From NCBI GenBank assembly GCA_029932605.1, contig JAOZPT010000035.1:1-26387 (forward strand): a stretch of DNA of 26,387 nt. The letters are read 5' to 3'. How positions within the stretch are numbered: position 1 is the first letter of the stretch; each line of letters begins with the position of its first letter. The stretch comes from Candidatus Zixiibacteriota bacterium (GTDB taxonomy: Bacteria > Zixibacteria > MSB-5A5 > UBA10806 > 4484-95). Position numbers and translations under genes: made by a program. This document shows positions 9,860 to 19,621 of the stretch, piece after piece. The notes beneath the pieces were generated by a model. That model did not search any database. It was not told where the DNA came from and saw nothing but the letters and a program-made list of their open reading frames with translations.

Positions 9860-11245
9860 TCACTTGTTATATTTATCATATATCAAGTTGAACAGTTCCA
9901 CCAGCTTGCCGGTAAGTGCTTTTCTGTTAAATTGATTTATATAGTCCCAATCAGGTTTTACATCTAACCTACCTTTACGCTTTTTATGGTAATATTCAAT
10001 TACGCTCTTTTCTATTTTATCAATATCGTCATATTGAACCAAATTTCCAAGTCCGCTTTTTTCGATTATCCTTGAGGCTTCTCCCTCACAACCCACTATA
10101 AAAATGGGACGTCCAGATCGCATCAGTTCAAATATCTTACCCGGGATAATCTTATCCCGTGTCAGAATATCACCGTGGGGTAACGTTAATAATAAAACAT
10201 CCGCTGCCATCATCAAACGAACGGTCGGCTGATGTTGTTTATAACCGAGTAGATTTATGTGACCATCAAATGGGGGCTTGGATAATAATTCACGCCAGTA
10301 CTGAAAAATATCACCTATAAGGCTAACTTTTAAATTAGGCCCTATATTTTTATTCCGTAAAACCCGCTCCAGCCCTTTCAAAAAATAATAAAATCCAGAA
10401 TTTTCATAGATTGTTCCCACACTCACGAAATTTAAAAACGATGTCTTATTCTGGCCGTAGATTTCATCAACTGTCAAACCTTTAAAATCATCTTCATCAA
10501 ACCCATTGGTAATAACATGAAATTTATCAGGAGAAATATCGGTAAACGTCTTTTCAGATAAACGAGAAAATCCGCTTGAAGCATGGACAATTGCATCCGC
10601 TTTACGCAAGATACCATGTTCAAGCCGATCTTCGACTTTAAGTTGAAGGTGTGGTCTATTCTTCCTGTTATAATGGTTCGTCCAGGGGTCGCGAAAATCG
10701 ACCAACCAGGGAATACCCGTTAACCTTTTTAACAACAAACCAACCACATGATTGGTTTCGGGTGGTGAGGTTGAATATATCAAGTCTATCTTCTCTCTCC
10801 TTATGGCTTTCAACCCCTTACAAACCGCCATAGGCAACCAGCCAATCTTATCATCCGGCGTGTAAAGAAAGCCATGAGTAAAACTACTAAGAGGAGAAAA
10901 TAAATATTTCTTTATTAGAAACACTAAGGTTCTTTTCAGTCTGGTTTCTACAGGATTTATCAAGTCATCATTCACACTTGGTTGTTCTTTCTTTTTATAA
11001 AACCTATTAAACACTTTCTTCTCGAATCTTTTCAACTCCCATGAGTAGCTATAATATATATGAGTATCAGGGGGAATCTCTTTGAGAAGCGTTTCATCTA
11101 AAAGCTCTTTGGGATAATTTTTTACAGTCAGGATTACCGGTTGCCAACCATATTCTATCATGAATTTGGCAAATTTTACTGTCCGGTAAACCCCGCTGGT
11201 GCGAGCCGGTGGAAAATCATAGGCAATTATCAAAACTTTCTTCAT
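9860..11245 (-). CDS. GT4 family glycosyltransferase
   Basis: MKKVLIIAYDFPP..SGV.R, YSTSPP, VDFRDPW, ITNGFD, IPGKIFE. Confidence 0.9.
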   Translation of the reverse strand: MKKVLIIAYDFPPARTSGVYRTVKFAKFMIEYGWQPVILTVKNYPKELLDETLLKEIPPDTHIYYSYSWELKRFEKKVFNRFYKKKEQPSVNDDLINPVETRLKRTLVFLIKKYLFSPLSSFTHGFLYTPDDKIGWLPMAVCKGLKAIRREKIDLIYSTSPPETNHVVGLLLKRLTGIPWLVDFRDPWTNHYNRKNRPHLQLKVEDRLEHGILRKADAIVHASSGFSRLSEKTFTDISPDKFHVITNGFDEDDFKGLTVDEIYGQNKTSFLNFVSVGTIYENSGFYYFLKGLERVLRNKNIGPNLKVSLIGDIFQYWRELLSKPPFDGHINLLGYKQHQPTVRLMMAADVLLLTLPHGDILTRDKIIPGKIFELMRSGRPIFIVGCEGEASRIIEKSGLGNLVQYDDIDKIEKSVIEYYHKKRKGRLDVKPDWDYINQFNRKALTGKLVELFNLIYDKYNK

Positions 11246-11271
11246 AAAATATTTTAACTCGGTATATTCCT

Positions 11272-12204
11272 TTATTCTCTCTGACCAATAGTTTTTAGCA
11301 ATGTGCGATAAAGAGTAAAATAGTCATTATCGCCTTTTCCTTTTAACAATTGAGACATCTTTGCCATAACACATGACCAGCTAAAAAAGAAATAATATAT
11401 TGCCTTAAACAAAAACAACTTGTGCCTATGAAATTTTTTAAAATATATTTTTCGACTTTTGACGAAATTCACCTCCGAATCGATAATATTTCTCTTCCGA
11501 CGGCTTCTACCAACAAGGTGGATAATTTCTATATCAGGTAGAAAATAGCTCTTAAATCCAGCCTTACGCATGCGGTAAAAATAATCGTTTTCCTCGGAAA
11601 ATAAAAAATACTCTTCGGCCAGAACACCAACCTTGTCAATAACGTCTTTCCTTATTATTAAACATGCAGCCGATAATACATCCACTACAATCGGTTTACA
11701 AAGCGATTCTAATTTAACCTGTTTTCTTTCAAACCAGGCTTTAAAAATCCTGCTTAAAGGGAAAAAATGATAGACCAAACAGTAGCGAATTTCACTGCCA
11801 ATAGAAGGTAACGACCTGAACGGCAATTGAACAACACCATCTGCATCTCTCATCTTTGGCCCTGCAGCGCTAGCCTGAGAATTATTCTCCATAAAATCAC
11901 ATATAGCCCTAATTGACCCCGAAGGAATTATGGTATCGGAATTTAAAAGAAGATAATAGTCACCCATGGCTTTTCTTAGCGCCTGATTATTGGCTTTTGC
12001 AAAACCAACATTTTCAGTGTTCTCTATCAATTTCACCTGCGGAAATTCACTTTTTATCATGTTTACAGAATCATCGGAAGAATGGTTGTCGACTACCCAA
12101 ACCTCATTATCAATCCCTTTAAGGTCATCATAAAGCGAACGAAGGCAATCCCGTGTTAAATCCACTGTATTCCAGCTTACTATGATAACTACCAGCTTAG
12201 CCAT
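11272..12204 (-). CDS. GT2 glycosyltransferase (WbbL-like, possible rhamnosyltransferase)
   Basis: IVSWN, VVDNHSSD, NVGFAKANN, LLLNSD, SAACL, FLFSEEND; the rml genes are nearby. Confidence 0.88.
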   Translation of the reverse strand: MAKLVVIIVSWNTVDLTRDCLRSLYDDLKGIDNEVWVVDNHSSDDSVNMIKSEFPQVKLIENTENVGFAKANNQALRKAMGDYYLLLNSDTIIPSGSIRAICDFMENNSQASAAGPKMRDADGVVQLPFRSLPSIGSEIRYCLVYHFFPLSRIFKAWFERKQVKLESLCKPIVVDVLSAACLIIRKDVIDKVGVLAEEYFLFSEENDYFYRMRKAGFKSYFLPDIEIIHLVGRSRRKRNIIDSEVNFVKSRKIYFKKFHRHKLFLFKAIYYFFFSWSCVMAKMSQLLKGKGDNDYFTLYRTLLKTIGQRE

Positions 12205-13155
12205 CTAATGATTCAATCTCGCTAGCATCCATTTCCGTGTAACATCAAAAAGCTGCTTCGACGATTCAGGACGTGAAAACGTGTGGTCCGCCCTGGATAT
12301 TCGGGAAATACTGTAATGTTTTTCATATTTGGTGTAATTTTTCAAAATAGGTTTGGCAAACATCTTATCAAAATCATAAGTTGCCCGATCTAATTCCGGC
12401 ATTAAAAATAAAACGTCCTTTCCCGATTCCATTAACCTTTTAAACGCCTGAAAAAAGACCCGGTTAAACAAATCCCCTTTGTTCTCCAGCTGTTCCTGGC
12501 TTTCAACACCTTCCTCGACCGGTTGAGACTTAGCAAATTTGTCAGCTATTTTTACTTTCAGCGAGTTAAATAAATCCTTATAAGATGTTCTCCCTGAAAA
12601 AAATCTAGCCCAGGCTCTAAGGTTGAATATCTTTTTCAAATATCCTGTAAACAAGACATCGGCCTCAAACGGGTGTAACATTGAAAGCTCTCGTTCAGCT
12701 GAGGTTACGGTTACCGGTCCCGCGATAAAAATAACACCATCCACATCCCCACAAACAGCGGCGGTTATTATACCGGTTAACGCTCCACCACACAATCCAG
12801 AAAAAAATACTTTTCTTGGGTTAAAACGCCGTTTGAGATAATTTACCACCATCAGCGCATCATCCTTAAACAGACCAGTCTGGATTGCATCAAATGAATC
12901 TATGGCACGGCTGACGTGTATCTCTCCCTGGCTATAGCCCAAACCAGCAGTGTCGAATCTGGCAACTGTAAAACCGGCATTTTGCAGGTACCTTGCCTGC
13001 CGAACAAAAAGGCGTGCATGACAAACCCGGTAATGCAAACCAATGTTGAACAGTACTACCAGACCACCATTTGGACTTTGCGGATGGTGGATTATACCAT
13101 AAATGGTCTGCCCACTATCGTTCTTAAGGCTAAATGTCTCTTCTAAAAAAGGCAT
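12205..13155 (-). CDS. Alpha/beta hydrolase-fold protein, exosortase A-associated 'hydrolase 1'-like (Cys nucleophile)
   Basis: HYRVCHARLFV, RFDTAGLGYSQG, nucleophile elbow SGLCGGA, catalytic His in ADHTFS. Confidence 0.8.
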   Translation of the reverse strand: MPFLEETFSLKNDSGQTIYGIIHHPQSPNGGLVVLFNIGLHYRVCHARLFVRQARYLQNAGFTVARFDTAGLGYSQGEIHVSRAIDSFDAIQTGLFKDDALMVVNYLKRRFNPRKVFFSGLCGGALTGIITAAVCGDVDGVIFIAGPVTVTSAERELSMLHPFEADVLFTGYLKKIFNLRAWARFFSGRTSYKDLFNSLKVKIADKFAKSQPVEEGVESQEQLENKGDLFNRVFFQAFKRLMESGKDVLFLMPELDRATYDFDKMFAKPILKNYTKYEKHYSISRISRADHTFSRPESSKQLFDVTRKWMLARLNH

Positions 13156-14020
13156 ATTTTTTAAGATAACCTATAGTTATATTGAACAACTGCGGGGGAG
13201 CTGGTTGCCATGTTTCCGTTTTCTCCCACTCGAATTCTTTAACAACCATCACAACCTCAGCATCTGAAAAAGAACTTTCTAACTTTTTCAGCTCAGGTCG
13301 AACATTAGTCGGATTTGGGGAGATCTGGACTATCAAGGTTTTCCCCCTATAATTAAGTTTTCTTTCTGTAAGGTTATACTGCCTGGCCTTAACATAAAAA
13401 TCACCATTTAACACATAACCCTCAACAGTAACCTTACCACCTGTTTCAAGCTCTTTTATGAGATCATTACGGGTCATTTTAACTTTACCCTCAATCACCA
13501 TTTGTGAGGCAATATTCGATCTAAGATAGTCATAAAAATATTTTTCACTGCTCACAATTGGTTCCCAGAGAATCAGGAACTTTGGGGCAAGTATTTCGCA
13601 AGCAAGAGCGGCCAATGTTCCTCCCCAGCGCAAACCTAATAAACCAATTTTACTTAAAGCTTGTTCCTTTTTGAAAAAATTAACGGCCGCTTTTATATCT
13701 TCAATCCTGTCACCAAATGACGCCTCCTCAAAATCGCCCTCGCTATCACCATCACCAAAATAATCAAAACAAAATACCGACAAGCCCATTGAAGCTAAAA
13801 CCCGAGCAAACGAGACAAATATCCTTAATGTGCGGACTTTTTCCTCGGCAAAGGGGCTACAAAAAACTACCCCTATATCCTGTTTTTGTTCCGGCAGAAA
13901 CATCGCATAAAAAAGATGTTTTCCATCCCTTGTAAAATAATCATGCTTCTCAATTATTGAATTATCCGGATAATTAATATTCTTAAATTCAATCAACTTT
14001 TTTTCTTTTTCTGACACCAC
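13130..14020 (-). CDS. Alpha/beta hydrolase-fold protein, exosortase A-associated 'hydrolase 2'-like (Arg at the nucleophile position)
   Basis: PFAEEK, FDYFGDGDSEGDF, elbow LGLRWGG, LWEP, VEGY. GTG start, exact position uncertain; overlaps the partner gene by 26 nt. Confidence 0.8.
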   Translation of the reverse strand: MVSEKEKKLIEFKNINYPDNSIIEKHDYFTRDGKHLFYAMFLPEQKQDIGVVFCSPFAEEKVRTLRIFVSFARVLASMGLSVFCFDYFGDGDSEGDFEEASFGDRIEDIKAAVNFFKKEQALSKIGLLGLRWGGTLAALACEILAPKFLILWEPIVSSEKYFYDYLRSNIASQMVIEGKVKMTRNDLIKELETGGKVTVEGYVLNGDFYVKARQYNLTERKLNYRGKTLIVQISPNPTNVRPELKKLESSFSDAEVVMVVKEFEWEKTETWQPAPPQLFNITIGYLKKYAFFRRDI

Positions 14021-14124
14021 AGGTTAATATCTCAAATACTGATTATAATTACTCTTACTTTAATTGTCGTCAATCTAAATAATACAGTTAAATTTTTGGG
14101 TATATCTTAAGTTAACACAACCGA

Positions 14125-14880
14125 TCAATCCAAAAAGGGTTTAAGTGTACTGGCCATAATTTCATATCCTTTCTCATTAGGGTGAATCTCATCCCTGGCA
14201 AGGTCTTCAGGTAAATACCCTTCCTTATCTGCCATAGCCTGAAAATAATCAACCACCCTAAAATTACGTTCAACTGCAAAATCCCTTATTCTTTTATTAA
14301 AATCTTTAATCTGCTTAGTGATGTTATAATTTTCATATTTTTCCGCTCTACGAACAACCGGTATTATAGTAGCAAGTAAGGGATTAATGCCATGTTCCTC
14401 AGCGGCAATCGTCATTATTTCATATTCATCCCACATCATTTCTATATCTACACCTGGCTGAAAATTACCCGAACAGAACTTGATCACAACCTGTCCTGGG
14501 GCAAGTTGTAAAACATCAGCGGAAAACCTCGTTAGAAGCTGAGTATCCGACTGAGCGCTCACTCCACGGTTAATCACATTCATTCCAGAAAAATATTTAT
14601 CGACATCCCAGTGCTCAGTAATCGAAGCTCCATACAAAATGGTCATCGACTTTCTCTGCTCTGGTGTCATCCTAGCCAATAATCGCTGGTTTTCATCTGC
14701 AAAAACCGATAAACCAGGATAGTCATCCTTTAATGCTTTATTCCTCGATATAGCATCATCAAGATAGCGATGCAATGCCTTCACTTCACCTCTCAGCCTA
14801 AAAGCCTTATAAACAAAATAAGCCCCTATAAAATTACCCATTATTGATACTATCAAAATCCCAATCAACAATGTTTTCAT
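14125..14880 (-). CDS. Membrane-anchored SGNH/GDSL family protein (esterase or O-acyltransferase)
   Basis: N-terminal TM; block I YGASITE, block II NRGVSAQ, block III SGN, block V DEIHP; RBS AAGGAG. Confidence 0.85.
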   Translation of the reverse strand: MKTLLIGILIVSIMGNFIGAYFVYKAFRLRGEVKALHRYLDDAISRNKALKDDYPGLSVFADENQRLLARMTPEQRKSMTILYGASITEHWDVDKYFSGMNVINRGVSAQSDTQLLTRFSADVLQLAPGQVVIKFCSGNFQPGVDIEMMWDEYEIMTIAAEEHGINPLLATIIPVVRRAEKYENYNITKQIKDFNKRIRDFAVERNFRVVDYFQAMADKEGYLPEDLARDEIHPNEKGYEIMASTLKPFLD

Positions 14881-15223
14881 CTTTTAACCGCTCCTTTAAT
14901 CCGTTATAACGTAAAAATTATATAACTTCATTTCTTCTATATTAGTTTCCCAACTTACCTTGCAATACAAGATAAGCTAAAACCCAATATAACCATTTCC
15001 TCAAGCTTCAATCTACTGTAACACGATAAGTTCCATTACTCGACATTACACTATCCTAATTTTATCATCAAGAGCCAAAAATATTATAATAACATAAATA
15101 TATTAATATATTTTAATAATCTTTTCCATGTTAATTTTCATTGGGATTTGTGTAAATCACAATTTCAAATTAGTAAATAAAATATCTGATACTCAAAATA
15201 CTAACTTATATATCGTGTTTAAA

Positions 15224-15976
15224 TTATATTTGTTTTTTACAATCTCCCCTGATTGGTTGCGGGCCAATTCCTTTAAAATACATAACTAAATAAATTACAT
15301 CCGATCCTATTACCAAACAATCGCCATTAGCATCACCGGCCAACAACGGGTTTGGTGGTTGATTATAACCCTTCAGATAACTTACAAGATATATAACATC
15401 CGAACCATCTAAAACACCATTACCGTTGGCATCCCCGGGAATAAAATCATAAGTGATTGTATCAGCTGTGATAAGTGGCGAGTTAGATAATCCAGATAAG
15501 TTATATTCTTCGTCAAAAGATTTTATACAGAAATAATAACTCTCTCCCCATTCCAAACCACTTACAATCATAGAATCCATCTGACCCGCTGGAGATGGTT
15601 GAGGTTCACCCTCTACCTGGATAGCGTTTTGCCACTTTGATTCGGTATCAATTGGACCCGATTCACAAGGTTGATAACGAACATCATAACCTTCTGCCCG
15701 CCCCTCATAACCATCATCTCCGGGAGCTGTCCAGTGAAGAACCACCTCGCCAGCATCAAAATAAGGTAAAGCTGGTCTAAGTTTGTAAGCTCCTCTATTG
15801 TGTTCTATCTTTGATAAACCGACTGATCCAGTTAGACTTACTATGGTGGACCGGTTTTTTGAAATGCCCGCTTCGTTTAATACCACCCATACAAACAACA
15901 ATATAAAAATACCCAGCCAAATTTTAAGAATCCGGCCAACATCGATTTTCAGCATTTGCGTCTTTGAATATTTCAA
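15224..15976 (-). CDS. Exported protein with an FN3-like domain and a C-terminal dockerin-type double repeat
   Basis: N-terminal hydrophobic segment; FN3-like module LHWTAPGDDG...GYDVRY...VSGL...YYFCIKSFDE.YNLSGLSN; two GDANG....GSDVIYLV.Y repeats. TTG start (alternative ATG at 15955). Confidence 0.8.
   Translation of the reverse strand: MKYSKTQMLKIDVGRILKIWLGIFILLFVWVVLNEAGISKNRSTIVSLTGSVGLSKIEHNRGAYKLRPALPYFDAGEVVLHWTAPGDDGYEGRAEGYDVRYQPCESGPIDTESKWQNAIQVEGEPQPSPAGQMDSMIVSGLEWGESYYFCIKSFDEEYNLSGLSNSPLITADTITYDFIPGDANGNGVLDGSDVIYLVSYLKGYNQPPNPLLAGDANGDCLVIGSDVIYLVMYFKGIGPQPIRGDCKKQI
15275..15436 (-). repeat. Dockerin-like Ca2+-binding tandem repeat, 2 copies, 33-aa (99-nt) period
   Basis: GDANGNGVLDGSDVIYLVSYL and GDANGDCLVIGSDVIYLVMYF, starting at 15436 and 15337. 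Confidence 0.85.
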
Positions 15977-16130
15977 CCTGTATAACCTTTAACTATTACA
16001 TTAAGAAATTATTATAGTGTCATGTTTCTCAATATGTAAGCCTATCATCAGTTTCTTCTTATGTGTTGAAACGAGGATTTTTCATGATTCATCTCCCTCA
16101 TCGATTAACGATTATGACCTCATATATAAC

Positions 16131-16158
16131 AATTTACATAAATTATAATAACTGTCAA
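16131..16158 (-). promoter_or_regulatory. Possible sigma70 promoter upstream of the FN3-dockerin gene
   Basis: TTGACA (16158-16153), 16 nt, TAAATT. Confidence 0.4.
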
Positions 16159-16246
16159 GAGTAATAATCAGAGTAGTTATTTAAAAATTTTAATCCATCA
16201 GAAGATCGATCTCAAATTGAGCATAAGGATTTAAGGTTAGAATGCC

Positions 16247-17143
16247 TCAATAATTATCCATCAACTTCAATCCCTCATTTAGCCCTATTAACCTTGTTTT
16301 CAGAAGATTTTTTGCTTTATCGATCTTTAATCCGCCAAATAATGGTCTTCGGGCTTCCTGACCTAACTTTTGGGTTCTGATAGGCTCTATCAATTCCGAA
16401 TTGAGGTTAAAATGAACCGCTGTTTTTAAGGCAATCTGGTAGCGTGAAAGATAATCAGCACCGGCGATATGCAACACACCGGTGTAATCTGTTTGAGCGG
16501 CCTCGATAGCTGCTTGGGCCAGATTACCAGCGTAAGTTGGATTGTTAAACTGGTCAGTGATGATTTGCAGATTTTTATTTTTGCGCAAATTATCAATCAT
16601 CCAAGTAATGAAATTCGGCCTCACATTCTTGCCTGTTCCATAAAGGACATTGGTGCGGATAATTAAAAAATATCTTCGTGAATTCTGAAGAAGTCTTTCT
16701 GATTGGAGTTTTGTCAAGCCATAATAACCAACAGGGTCAGTATCATCTTCTTCTGAATATGGACCATTGAGGCCGTTAAACACATAATCTGTTGAAAAAT
16801 GGATTATCTTTTTAAACGAGCGGATTTCAAGAAGGTTTTTCACAAGACGGACATTTAAAGCATCAGCCAGTTGCTTGTTTTTCTCACATCCGTCAACATC
16901 TGTATAAGCCGCACAGTTAAAGATAAAATCAGGCTTGAAATTGTCTATAGTTGATTTTATGGAATCGAATGATATCAAATCAGCCTGGAGATAATCCAGC
17001 TCAAAAGAGGACTCAAACGGGTTATTTGCTTTATCTACAGCAAGAATTGAAATGTCTTTATGTACTGCTTCAACAGACCTGAGAAAATTTACCAGATATT
17101 GTCCTAAAAGTCCGGCTGCGCCTGTTACGAGAACTCTTCTCAT
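16247..17143 (-). CDS. rmlD: dTDP-4-dehydrorhamnose reductase
   Basis: VTGAAGLLG, NCAAYTDVDGCE, HFSTDYVFNG, YGLTK, DQFNNPT, ARRP; ATGA overlap with rmlB. Confidence 0.92.
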   Translation of the reverse strand: MRRVLVTGAAGLLGQYLVNFLRSVEAVHKDISILAVDKANNPFESSFELDYLQADLISFDSIKSTIDNFKPDFIFNCAAYTDVDGCEKNKQLADALNVRLVKNLLEIRSFKKIIHFSTDYVFNGLNGPYSEEDDTDPVGYYGLTKLQSERLLQNSRRYFLIIRTNVLYGTGKNVRPNFITWMIDNLRKNKNLQIITDQFNNPTYAGNLAQAAIEAAQTDYTGVLHIAGADYLSRYQIALKTAVHFNLNSELIEPIRTQKLGQEARRPLFGGLKIDKAKNLLKTRLIGLNEGLKLMDNY

Positions 17144-18150
17144 TTGCGTTCTTTATAATGAAGTTCATAAAACTGGCGATACTGACCGCTTAAAATATCT
17201 TTCCACCATTTCTGATTATTACAATACCAATCGATGGTTTTTTTCAGCCCCTCGGAAAATTTCATTTTCGGTTGCCAGCCCAGAGTCTTTTTTACTTTGG
17301 TATAATCAAGCGCATAACGCCGGTCATGGCCGGGGCGGTCTTTGACAAATTTAATCAGGCTTTGCGGTTTGCCGAGGATACTCAATATCATCCTGGTTAT
17401 CTCCAGATTGGTCATCTCGCTGGCACCGCCGATATTGTAAGTCTCTCCATCTTTGCCCTTCTCAAAAACAGTTAAAATCCCATGACAATGGTCCTCCACA
17501 TACAACCAGTCCCGCACATTAAGGCCATCACCATACAGCGGTAAGGATTCGTTATTTAGTGCTCTCGTTATAAAAAATGGTATCAACTTTTCAGGAAACT
17601 GATAAGGTCCGTAATTGTTGCCAGCACGGGTTATCACCACTGGCATATCAAATGTCATATGATACGAACGGCAAACCAGATCGGCGGATGCTTTGCTGGC
17701 TGAATACGGAGAATTCGGCTCAAGTGGTGATATCTCGCTAAAATAACCCTCCGGCCCAAGCGACCCATAAACCTCATCTGTTGAGACATGAAGAAACCTC
17801 TTAACGCCGGACTCTAAAGCCTGGTTCAATAATAACTGAGTGCCCAAAACATTTGTCTTTAAAAAGAGATTTGGTTCATACAAAGATCGGTCAACATGAG
17901 ATTCGGCTGCAAAATTAGCTACATAATCGAACTTTTCACCAAAAACTCCTCTGACATCATCCGGATTACTGATATCACCCTTAACGAACCTGTAATTTTC
18001 ACTATCAGCTACGTCCGCAAGATTGGCCAGGTTACCGGCATAGGTTAAAGCGTCAAAATTAACAACTTCCCAATCAGGGCGATTCTCAAGAACATAACGA
18101 ATAAAATTTGAACCGATAAAACCAGCTCCCCCAGTTACCAGAATTTTCAT
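17140..18150 (-). CDS. rmlB: dTDP-glucose 4,6-dehydratase
   Basis: VTGGAGFIGSNF, LTYAGN, FAAESHVDRS, VSTDEVYG, PYSASKA, NNYGPYQFPEKLIP, DRPGHDRRY. Confidence 0.97.
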   Translation of the reverse strand: MKILVTGGAGFIGSNFIRYVLENRPDWEVVNFDALTYAGNLANLADVADSENYRFVKGDISNPDDVRGVFGEKFDYVANFAAESHVDRSLYEPNLFLKTNVLGTQLLLNQALESGVKRFLHVSTDEVYGSLGPEGYFSEISPLEPNSPYSASKASADLVCRSYHMTFDMPVVITRAGNNYGPYQFPEKLIPFFITRALNNESLPLYGDGLNVRDWLYVEDHCHGILTVFEKGKDGETYNIGGASEMTNLEITRMILSILGKPQSLIKFVKDRPGHDRRYALDYTKVKKTLGWQPKMKFSEGLKKTIDWYCNNQKWWKDILSGQYRQFYELHYKERK

Positions 18151-18162
18151 AATATGTTCCTG

Positions 18163-18627
18163 TTAATAATCCTTTCGAGCCCAATCATAGGGGATTTCAT
18201 CAGTATAAGCCCCAAGTCTGTATTCATCGGGATTATCACGATTGTAGGGTTCCGTAGGAATATTGATCATTACCGATTCCTCAGTAGATATCGCTTTGAA
18301 ACCATGGTAAACAAGCGGGGGTATTACTACCAAAAGTGGATGATATTCCCCGGTAAAGAATTCATTTATCATTTTATATGTCGGCGAATCCTCACGGGAA
18401 TCATACAGAGCCAACTTCGTCATCCCCTTGACACAGAAAAAATAATCGGTCTGAATTTTATGATAATGCCAGGCCTTAACCACACCCGGATATGCTGTTG
18501 TAAAATAGACCTGCCCAAACTTTTTGAATATATCGCTATCAGAGCGTAAAATCTCCGCCAAACGGCCCCTCTCATCAGACATAACCGTCAACAGCTTCGT
18601 GTGTACACCGTCAATAAGTTTCATCAT
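18163..18627 (-). CDS. rmlC: dTDP-4-dehydrorhamnose 3,5-epimerase (short cupin type)
   Basis: DERG, GQVY, PGVVKAWHYH, DSREDSPTY, IPPLVYHGF; RBS GGAGG. Confidence 0.88.
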   Translation of the reverse strand: MMKLIDGVHTKLLTVMSDERGRLAEILRSDSDIFKKFGQVYFTTAYPGVVKAWHYHKIQTDYFFCVKGMTKLALYDSREDSPTYKMINEFFTGEYHPLLVVIPPLVYHGFKAISTEESVMINIPTEPYNRDNPDEYRLGAYTDEIPYDWARKDY

Positions 18628-18657
18628 ATACCTCCATCCTGCAACCTGTTTTTTCCA

Positions 18658-19389
18658 TTAAAGTTTATTAGCATAACGTTTTCTAACGAAATTAATGGCA
18701 TCATTATAAGCATCAATCGATTCTCCCGCATCTGCCCAACCACCCAGAAGCCTTTCATACTTCATCGTTCCCTCTTCAATATAGATATTATTAACATCGG
18801 TGATTTCAAGCTCTCCACGCCTGGAAGGCTTAAGAGTTTTGACTATATCGAACACGCGGTTATCATACATATAAATACCGACGACAGCCAGATTACTCTT
18901 CGGCTTTTTTGGTTTCTCAACAATATTTATAACCTTGCCATCTTTTACCTCAGCCACTCCATATTCACTGGGATTTTTAACCTTCTTCAAAAAAATCATC
19001 GCCCCCTCTTCTTGTCGTTTAAACCGTTTTACCGCTTTTTTTATATTTTTTTCTATGATATTGTCACCCAGAATTATCACCACTTTCTTTCCCTCAGCGA
19101 AATACTCGCATAATCCCACAGCCTCGGCGATACCACCCTCATGAGCCTGATAGGTGAAATCCAAGTGTTTTAAACCAAACTCCGAGCCATTGGCCAGAAG
19201 CTTTAAAAAATCACCAGCGTTATTTCCACCGGTAACTATCATTATCTCCCTGATGCCAGCATCAACAAGCGTCTGGATTGGGTAGTAAATCATCGGTTTA
19301 TTATACATCGGTAGAAGATGTTTATTGGTAATTTTCGTTAACGGGAAAAGGCGCGTGCCAAGCCCACCCGCTAAAACAATACCTTTCAT
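18658..19389 (-). CDS. rmlA: Glucose-1-phosphate thymidylyltransferase, short SpsI-like form
   Basis: GIVLAGGLGTRL, NKHLLP, LGDN, EKP, RGELEITD, WADAG; RBS GGAGGT. Confidence 0.92.
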   Translation of the reverse strand: MKGIVLAGGLGTRLFPLTKITNKHLLPMYNKPMIYYPIQTLVDAGIREIMIVTGGNNAGDFLKLLANGSEFGLKHLDFTYQAHEGGIAEAVGLCEYFAEGKKVVIILGDNIIEKNIKKAVKRFKRQEEGAMIFLKKVKNPSEYGVAEVKDGKVINIVEKPKKPKSNLAVVGIYMYDNRVFDIVKTLKPSRRGELEITDVNNIYIEEGTMKYERLLGGWADAGESIDAYNDAINFVRKRYANKL

Positions 19390-19409
19390 TGCACCTCCAA
19401 TTTTTGATG

Positions 19410-19438
19410 ATTATAATTTATAGCTATTCCACAATCAA
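19410..19438 (-). promoter_or_regulatory. Sigma70 promoter of the rmlACBD operon
   Basis: TTGATT (19438-19433), 17 nt, TATAAT (19415-19410), followed by GGAGG and the ATG at 19389. Confidence 0.7.
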
Positions 19439-19621
19439 GAATTTTTATTTTTGAGCAACCTTTCTTTATGAAAATACACTCAGAGAATAATAAAATCTGA
19501 GCAATTTCTAACATACTCATATTAAATATTAAACTAAATATAATACACTTTAATGACCAAATATTCTATTATAAAACATAAACCCAAGTTAATTATTTTC
19601 CTGTCAAATTAAATTATTAGT

